Source: Candidatus Fervidifonticultor sextus
GTDB lineage: Bacteria > Sysuimicrobiota > Sysuimicrobiia > Sysuimicrobiales > Humicultoraceae
Assembly (NCBI GenBank): GCA_031459875.1
Contig: JAVKHQ010000015.1
Span: 10,289-74,288 of the forward strand
Direction of reading: 5' to 3'
Length of the DNA: 64,000 nucleotides
Numbering within the stretch: position 1 is the stretch's first letter; every line of letters begins with the position of its first letter. A program made the position numbers and the translations under genes. Below the pieces are notes generated by a model. The model was not told the DNA's origin. It saw only the letters and a program-made list of their open reading frames with translations, and ran no database searches. Shown piece by piece: positions 57,649-64,000 of the stretch.

Positions 57649-60600
57649 ATGAGTCAGGTCACCCCGCGCGCCACGGTGACGCTCGACGGCAACGAGGCGG
57701 TCGCCTCAGTCGCCTACCGCGCCAGCGAGGTCATCGCCATCTACCCGATCACCCCCTCGTCGCCCATGGGGGAGTTCGCCGACGAATGGGCGGCCGAGCG
57801 GCGGCCGAACCTGTGGGGCACGGTCCCCCAGGTGGTGGAGATGCAGTCGGAGGCCGGGGCCGCCGGCGCCGTGCACGGGGCCCTGCAGGCCGGTGCGCTG
57901 ACCACCACGTTCACCGCCTCCCAGGGACTGCTGTTGATGATCCCCAACATGTACAAGATCGCGGGAGAGCTGACGGCCTTCGCGATGCACGTCTCGGCCC
58001 GGACTGTGGCCACCCACGCGCTCTCGATCTTTGGCGATCATTCCGACGTCATGGCCTGCCGCCAGATCGGCTTCGCGATGCTGGCATCGGGCTCGGTGCA
58101 GGAGGCCCACGATCTGGCCTGCATCGCCCACGCCGCGACCCTGCGCAGCCGCGTGCCGTTCCTGCATTTCTTCGACGGCTTCCGCACGTCCCACGAGGTC
58201 GCCAAGATCGAGATGCTCTCCGACGACGACCTGCGGGCCATGCTCCCCGACGAGGCCGTCCGCGCCCACCGGGAGCGGGCCCTGACCCCGGACCGCCCGG
58301 TGCTCCGGGGGACCGCCCAGAACCCCGACACGTTCTTCCAGGCGCGCGAGGCGTGCAACCCGTTCTACCTGGCCTGCCCCGGGGTGGTTCAGGAAACCAT
58401 GCACCGGTTCGCCCGCCTGACCGGCCGGCAGTACCACCTGTTCGACTATGTCGGCCACCCGGAGGCCGAGCGGGTCATTGTGCTCATGGGGTCTGGCGCC
58501 GAGACCGTGCACGAGACCGTGGAGTGGATGCTGGCCTCCGGTGAGAAGGTGGGTGTGGTCAAGGTCCGCCTCTACCGCCCGTTTGCTGCGGGGGACTTCG
58601 TCGCGGCCCTGCCGCCGACGGTGCGGGCCATCGCGGTCCTGGATCGGACTAAGGAGCCCGGAGCACTGGGTGAGCCGCTGTACCTGGACGTGGTCGCGGC
58701 GCTGCGCGAAGAGGGCGCGGGCCGCTTCGCCACCGAGCCCGTCGTGATCGGCGGCCGCTACGGCCTGGCCTCCAAGGAGTTCACCCCGGCGATGGTGGTC
58801 GCGGTCTTCGCGGAACTGGCCAGGACCTCGCCCAGGCGGCACTTCACCGTGGGGATCACCGACGACGTGACCGGCCTCTCGCTGCCCGTCGACGCGGAAT
58901 TGGACATCGAGCCCGACGACGTGGTTCGGGCGGTGTTCTTCGGGCTCGGCGCCGACGGCACCGTGGGGGCCAACAAGAACTCCATCAAGATCATCGGGGA
59001 AGAGACACCTTACTTCGCCCAGGGTTACTTCGTCTACGACTCCAAGAAATCGGGGGCGATGACCATCTCACACCTGCGGTTCGGCCCCCGACCGATCCGC
59101 TCATCGTACCTGATCCGGCGCGCCAACTTTGTCGCGTGCCACCAGTTCCCCTTTATGGAGCGCTACAACGTGCTGGACTACGCGGCGCCCGGCGCGGTCT
59201 TCCTGCTGAACGCGCCTTATGGTCCCGACCAGGTCTGGGACCACCTCACCCGCGACGTCCAGGCCCAGATCATCGAGAAGCGGCTGAGGTTCTACGTCAT
59301 CAACGCCGTCGAGATCGCGCATCGGACCGGCATGGGCGGCCGCATCAACGCCATCATGCAGACCTGCTTCTTCGCCATTTCAGGGGTGCTGCCGCGGGAT
59401 GAAGCCATCGCCAAGATCAAGGAGGCCATTCTGAAGACCTACGGGCGCAAGGGCGACGAGGTCGTCCGGCGGAACTGGCAGGCCGTCGACGAGACTTTGG
59501 CCAACCTGTACGAGGTCAGGATCCCCGAGCGCGTGACCGCAGAGGTCCCGCGCCGGCCGCTGGTGCCCGAGTCGGCGCCCGACTTCGTCAGGCGGGTCAC
59601 CGCCGTCCTGATGGCCGGGGGTGGTGACCTGCTGCCCGTCAGCGCCTTTTCCCCAGACGGGACCTGGCCGGTGGGCACGACCAGGTGGGAGAAGCGCAAC
59701 ATCGCCCATGAGATCCCGGTGTGGGATCCGGCCATCTGCATCCAGTGCAACAAGTGTGTCTTCGTCTGCCCGCATGCGGTCATCCGGGCCAAGATCTACG
59801 AGCCCCAGCATCTGGACGGCGCGCCGCCCACCTTCAAGTCCGTGCCCTACCGCAGCCAGGAGATCAAGGGGCACCTCTATTCGCTCCAGGTCTCCCCTGA
59901 GGACTGCACCGGGTGCAGCCTGTGCGTCATGGTCTGTCCGGTCAAGGACAAGGCCAACCCCAAGCACAAGGCCATCGACATGGCGCCGCAGCGGCCGCTG
60001 CGGGAGGCCGAGCGGCAGAACTGGGAGTTCTTCCTGACCCTGCCCGAATTCGACCGGACGCGGTTGAAGCACGACGTCAAGGACACGCAGTTCATGACCC
60101 CGCTGTTCGAATTCTCCGGGGCCTGCGCGGGCTGCGGCGAGACGCCGTACATTAAGCTGCTGACCCAGCTCCTCGGCGACCGGCTGCTGATCGCCAACGC
60201 CACCGGGTGCTCATCCATCTACGGCGGCAACCTGCCGACCACCCCCTACACGACCAACCGTGAGGGGAGGGGTCCGGCCTGGTCCAACTCCCTGTTCGAG
60301 GACAACGCCGAGTTCGGGCTGGGCATGCGGCTGGCGGTGGACATGCTGGCCGGGCAGGCCCGCGACCTGGTCCAGCGTCTGGCGCCCCAGATCGGGGAAG
60401 AGCTGGCGGCGGCTGTGCTGGACGGTGACCAGCTCACCGAGGCCGGCATCGCCCGGCAGCGCGAGCGGGTCGCCGCCCTGCGGGCGCGCCTGGCGGCGCT
60501 GGAGGGACCCGACGCGCGCCGCCTGGAACTGCTCGCCGACTACCTGGTGCGCAAGAGCGTCTGGGTCATCGGCGGCGACGGCTGGGCCTACGACATCGGC

Positions 60601-61287
60601 TACGGCGGGCTCGACCACGTCCTGGCCATGGGTCGGGACGTCAAGATCCTGGTGCTGGACACGGAGGTCTACTCCAACACGGGCGGGCAGCAGTCCAAGG
60701 CCACCCCTCGCGGCGCCGCGGCCAAGTTTGCCTCGGCCGGTAAGGCCGTCCAGAAGAAGGACCTGGCGGCCCTCGCTATGACCTACGGCAACGTCTACGT
60801 GGCGCGGGTGGCCTTCGGCGCCAAGGATGCCCAGACCGTGCGGGCCTTCCAGGAGGCCGATGCGTACCCGGGCACGGCGCTGATCATTGCCTACTGCCCC
60901 TGCATCATGCACGGCTACGACCTGGCCTACGGCGCCGAGCAGCAGAAGCTCGCCGTCGAGAGCGGCTACTGGCCCCTGCTCCGCTACGATCCCCGGCGCC
61001 TGGCCGAGGGCAAGCCGGCGCTGCAACTGGACTCGGGCCCGCCGAAGGTGGACCTGGCCAAGTTCATCTACAACGAGGTCCGCTTCCGGATGGTGGAGGG
61101 GATGGACCGCCAGCGGGCGCGAGAGTTGTTGGAGATGGCGCGGCAAGACGTCCTGGCGCGCTACCGGGCCTACGAGCAACTCGCGCAGACGCCGGTGGCT
61201 GCCCCGACGCCGGCATCGGGCGCCGTCGCGACGCCGGCACCGGCTGCCGCCTCGGCGTCGGCGCCGGCAGACGCGGCCGGCACCTGA
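57649..61287 (+). CDS. nifJ: Pyruvate:ferredoxin (flavodoxin) oxidoreductase
   Basis: IYPITPSS, EMQSEAGAAG, GLGADGTVGANK, CIQCNKC..CPH, CTGC..C..CP, GACAGCGETPY, GGDGWAYDIG. Confidence 0.96.
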   Translation: MSQVTPRATVTLDGNEAVASVAYRASEVIAIYPITPSSPMGEFADEWAAERRPNLWGTVPQVVEMQSEAGAAGAVHGALQAGALTTTFTASQGLLLMIPNMYKIAGELTAFAMHVSARTVATHALSIFGDHSDVMACRQIGFAMLASGSVQEAHDLACIAHAATLRSRVPFLHFFDGFRTSHEVAKIEMLSDDDLRAMLPDEAVRAHRERALTPDRPVLRGTAQNPDTFFQAREACNPFYLACPGVVQETMHRFARLTGRQYHLFDYVGHPEAERVIVLMGSGAETVHETVEWMLASGEKVGVVKVRLYRPFAAGDFVAALPPTVRAIAVLDRTKEPGALGEPLYLDVVAALREEGAGRFATEPVVIGGRYGLASKEFTPAMVVAVFAELARTSPRRHFTVGITDDVTGLSLPVDAELDIEPDDVVRAVFFGLGADGTVGANKNSIKIIGEETPYFAQGYFVYDSKKSGAMTISHLRFGPRPIRSSYLIRRANFVACHQFPFMERYNVLDYAAPGAVFLLNAPYGPDQVWDHLTRDVQAQIIEKRLRFYVINAVEIAHRTGMGGRINAIMQTCFFAISGVLPRDEAIAKIKEAILKTYGRKGDEVVRRNWQAVDETLANLYEVRIPERVTAEVPRRPLVPESAPDFVRRVTAVLMAGGGDLLPVSAFSPDGTWPVGTTRWEKRNIAHEIPVWDPAICIQCNKCVFVCPHAVIRAKIYEPQHLDGAPPTFKSVPYRSQEIKGHLYSLQVSPEDCTGCSLCVMVCPVKDKANPKHKAIDMAPQRPLREAERQNWEFFLTLPEFDRTRLKHDVKDTQFMTPLFEFSGACAGCGETPYIKLLTQLLGDRLLIANATGCSSIYGGNLPTTPYTTNREGRGPAWSNSLFEDNAEFGLGMRLAVDMLAGQARDLVQRLAPQIGEELAAAVLDGDQLTEAGIARQRERVAALRARLAALEGPDARRLELLADYLVRKSVWVIGGDGWAYDIGYGGLDHVLAMGRDVKILVLDTEVYSNTGGQQSKATPRGAAAKFASAGKAVQKKDLAALAMTYGNVYVARVAFGAKDAQTVRAFQEADAYPGTALIIAYCPCIMHGYDLAYGAEQQKLAVESGYWPLLRYDPRRLAEGKPALQLDSGPPKVDLAKFIYNEVRFRMVEGMDRQRARELLEMARQDVLARYRAYEQLAQTPVAAPTPASGAVATPAPAAASASAPADAAGT

Positions 61288-61296
61288 GGCGGCCCG

Positions 61297-62289
61297 ATGG
61301 ACCTCTCCACGACCTACCTGGGGCTGTCGCTGCCGCATCCGCTCATGCCGGGCGCCTCCCCGTTGGTGGACGACCTGGAGACGGTCAAGCGGCTGGAAGA
61401 CGCCGGGGCTGCGGCCATCATCATGCACTCCCTCTTCGAGGAGCAGATCGTGCAGGAGCAACTCGCCACGGTCCACCACATGGAGGTGCATGCCGAGTCC
61501 TTCCCCGAGGCGCTTTCCTACTTTCCGCGTCCAAGCGAGTTCGCGCTGGGCCCCGAGCAGTACCTGAGACACCTGGAGCGCATCAAGCGGGCTGTGGGGG
61601 TGCCGGTGATTGCCTCTCTCAACGGGGTGACGACCGGTGGCTGGATGGCCTACGCCCGCCGGATGCAGGAGGCGGGCGCGGATGCCATTGAGTTGAACGT
61701 CTACTACCTGGCGACCGACCCCCGGGAATCCGCCGCCGCCGTCGAGGGGCGCACCCTCGATATCCTCCGGGCGGTCAGGCAGACGGTGTCGATTCCCATC
61801 GCGGTCAAACTCTCGCCCTTCTTCTCGTCCCTGGCGCACTTCGCGGCCGAACTCGACGCGGCCGGCGCCGACGGCCTGGTGCTCTTTAACCGGTTCTATC
61901 AGCCGGAGATCGACATCGAGACCCTGGACGTCGTGCCCCGGCTGGAGCTGTCCAGCAGTGGAGAGCTGCTCCTGAGGCTGCGCTGGCTGGCCGTGCTCTC
62001 CGGTCGGGTTTCGGCCTCGCTGGCAGTCTCCGGCGGGGTGCACTCGGCCACCGACGCCATCAAGGCCATTATGGCTGGCGCGGACGCGGTGCAGATGGTC
62101 TCGGCGCTGCTGCGCCACGGTCCGGACTACCTGAGTCTGGTGCTGCAGGGCCTGGAGGCCTGGATGACCGAGCACGGCTACACCTCCCTGGCGCAGATGC
62201 GCGGCAGCATGAGCCTGTCGCGCTGCCCGGACCCCGCCGCGTTCGAGCGCTCCAACTACATTCGCGTCCTGCAGGGGTGGAGGGCCTGA
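61297..62289 (+). CDS. Dihydroorotate dehydrogenase-like flavoprotein (PFOR-associated)
   Basis: DLSTTYLGLSL, SLFEEQI, IASLNG, VKLSPFF, LFNRFYQP, SGGVH. Confidence 0.88.
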   Translation: MDLSTTYLGLSLPHPLMPGASPLVDDLETVKRLEDAGAAAIIMHSLFEEQIVQEQLATVHHMEVHAESFPEALSYFPRPSEFALGPEQYLRHLERIKRAVGVPVIASLNGVTTGGWMAYARRMQEAGADAIELNVYYLATDPRESAAAVEGRTLDILRAVRQTVSIPIAVKLSPFFSSLAHFAAELDAAGADGLVLFNRFYQPEIDIETLDVVPRLELSSSGELLLRLRWLAVLSGRVSASLAVSGGVHSATDAIKAIMAGADAVQMVSALLRHGPDYLSLVLQGLEAWMTEHGYTSLAQMRGSMSLSRCPDPAAFERSNYIRVLQGWRA

Positions 62290-62385
62290 GCGAAGGCCCC
62301 TAGAATGTCAGGTGTTGACCACGAGGGTCCGGTCCCCTCACAGGCGCGCCGGCGGATGTGTGGGGGACGGGCCGGAGGAGGCTCC

Positions 62386-62883
62386 ATGCTGATCAGCCAG
62401 GAGATGAACACGGCCATCAATGAGCAGGTCGGCCGCGAGTTCGGTGCGTTCCTGCAGTACGTGGCCATCGCGGCGCACTTCGACACCGAAAACCTGCCCC
62501 GGCTGGCCAAACACTTCTACCGTCAGGCCGAGGAAGAGCGCGACCACGCCATGCGGTTCATCACATACCTGGTGGACGCGGGCGCGAAGGTCGCGATTCC
62601 GGCGGTCGCCGGTCCCAAGAACGAGTTCGCCACGGCCGAGGAGGCGGTGGGCCTCTCGCTGCGGTGGGAGCAGGACGTCACCAGGCAGATCCACGGCATC
62701 CTGGAGCTGGCCGTCAAGGAGCACGACTACACCACGCAGCAGTTCCTCCAGTGGTTCGTCGAGGAACAACTGGAGGAGGTCTCCAGCATGGAGAAGTTGC
62801 TGAGCGTCGTGCGCCGCGCCGGCGAGGGCGGGCTGCTGCTGGTGGAAGACTACCTGGCCCGGGAGGGGACCGACAAGGGGTAG
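62386..62883 (+). CDS. Non-heme ferritin
   Basis: NEQVGRE..Y, QAEEERDHAM, FLQWFVEEQLEE. Confidence 0.93.
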   Translation: MLISQEMNTAINEQVGREFGAFLQYVAIAAHFDTENLPRLAKHFYRQAEEERDHAMRFITYLVDAGAKVAIPAVAGPKNEFATAEEAVGLSLRWEQDVTRQIHGILELAVKEHDYTTQQFLQWFVEEQLEEVSSMEKLLSVVRRAGEGGLLLVEDYLAREGTDKG

Positions 62884-62914
62884 ACGCGGCACCCCTCCGG
62901 CTCCCCTGCGAGCC

Positions 62915-64000
62915 GTGAATCGGTCCATCACGCCCGCGGTGGCCGGCGAGGAGACCGGAGGCCCCTCGCCGGCGCGCATCTTTTCCCCCGCCTTCCTGCG
63001 GCTGTGCGCGGTGGCCCTGGGGGGCACGGCGAGCGTCCAGCTGCTGAGCGCCGGCCTTCCGCTCTACGTGCTCGATCTGGGTGCCGACGAAGTGGTGCTG
63101 GGAGCCATGGTGGGGCTGATCGCCCTCACCTCACTGGCCGCCCGGCCGTGGGTCGGGTGGTGGGTGGATCGCGGCGGGGGCGCGTGGGCGCTGCTGGGTG
63201 GGGTCGGCCTCTACGCGACGGCCGCGCTGGGCTACTGGCTGGCCGCGTCGGTCCCCGGCGTCCTGGCCTTCCGGGCCCTGACAGGTCTGGCCATCGCGCT
63301 CTTCATCACGTCCGGCCAGTCCCTGGCCGTCGCCCTGGCGCCGCCGAGGCAGCGGGGTGAGGCCTTCGGCTTCTACAGTGTGTCCCTGACGCTCGCCCAG
63401 GTGATCGGGCCGCCGGCCGGAGTCGCGCTGGCGAGGCGATCAGGCTACGCGTGGCTGTTCGCCGCCAGCGCCGCTGTGGCACTGCTCGCGGCGGCGCTGG
63501 CCTGGCCGATGCGCGCGCTGCGGCGGCAGCCGGAGGGGCCCGGCCGCCGCTACACCCTCCACCGTGCGTTGATGGGGCCGGGCCTGCTCATGCTGTTGAT
63601 GATGGTCCCCTTCGGGGCAAACGTCGGGTTGCTGCCGGCCCACGCCGCTCGCCGCGGGCTGGAGAACCCTGGACTGGTGTTCACGGCCCACGCACTGGGG
63701 ATCCTGCTCGCTCAGGTGATCTCAGGCCGGATCTCGGACCGGGTCGGCAGGATCCCGGTGATCCTGCCCGGGCTGGTCCTGGGCATGCTGGGCATGTGGA
63801 CGACGGCACTGGCAGGCGGGTGGATGCTGGTGGCCGCGGCCGGGCTCTCGGGCATCGCGCTGGGCGTCGGCTCGCCCGCGCTCTACGCGCTGGCGGCAGA
63901 CCTCGTTCCTGCGCAGGAGCAGGGCAGCGCGATGGCGACGATGGGGATCTTTTTGGAGATCGGGATCGCCTTCGGCGCCATTGGCGGCGGGTTCGCGGGG
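62915..64000 (+). CDS. MFS transporter, 3' end outside window
   Basis: Open frame from GTG 62915 (absent from ORF track because there is no stop): LPLYV, RPWVGWWVDRGG, GRISDRVGR. Confidence 0.85.
   Translation, partial: MNRSITPAVAGEETGGPSPARIFSPAFLRLCAVALGGTASVQLLSAGLPLYVLDLGADEVVLGAMVGLIALTSLAARPWVGWWVDRGGGAWALLGGVGLYATAALGYWLAASVPGVLAFRALTGLAIALFITSGQSLAVALAPPRQRGEAFGFYSVSLTLAQVIGPPAGVALARRSGYAWLFAASAAVALLAAALAWPMRALRRQPEGPGRRYTLHRALMGPGLLMLLMMVPFGANVGLLPAHAARRGLENPGLVFTAHALGILLAQVISGRISDRVGRIPVILPGLVLGMLGMWTTALAGGWMLVAAAGLSGIALGVGSPALYALAADLVPAQEQGSAMATMGIFLEIGIAFGAIGGGFAG

Noticed and set aside
61195..61285. Repeat-like GC-rich tract at the end of PFOR
   Set aside because: Encodes an Ala/Pro low-complexity tail, not a regular repeat array
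1..64000. CRISPR array, prophage or rRNA
   Set aside because: No regularly spaced direct repeats, cas or phage genes, or rRNA-like sequence seen

Overview
High-GC bacterial chromosomal window, roughly 70% GC by eye. The lineage cannot be fixed from sequence alone, and several proteins look Thermus-like or archaeal-like. It holds about 60 mostly housekeeping or metabolic genes: a selenocysteine-containing selD with a SECIS hairpin, archease, amt-glnK, an aminotransferase-serS operon, recR-ybaB-dnaX, fabI, tRNA-Lys(UUU), an ATP-dependent DNA ligase, an acetate-CoA ligase, namZ, PFOR with a DHOD-like partner, and ferritin. No CRISPR array, prophage or intact IS was seen. The most interesting features are: (1) a LysR-associated cluster (HD protein, citrate-synthase-fold protein lacking the catalytic Asp, acylating aldehyde dehydrogenase, ABC importer) converging on a pbfA-like gene, a candidate CoA-dependent phosphonate (C-P) catabolic route; (2) an IS256-type DDE core with no DNA-binding region or visible IRs, fused to a Pro-rich stalk and C-terminal membrane anchor (candidate domesticated transposase); (3) an NTPase fused to an endonuclease V domain lacking its catalytic Asp residues; (4) several RNA regulators: a c-di-GMP-I riboswitch over two unknown exported paralogs, tandem ANTAR-like attenuators before amt, a shortened non-canonical T-box-like attenuator before the serS operon, and a possible Cys-containing leader peptide; (5) two paralogous tandem-PilZ-like proteins and several gene remnants. 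All family calls come from motif recognition, not database searches.
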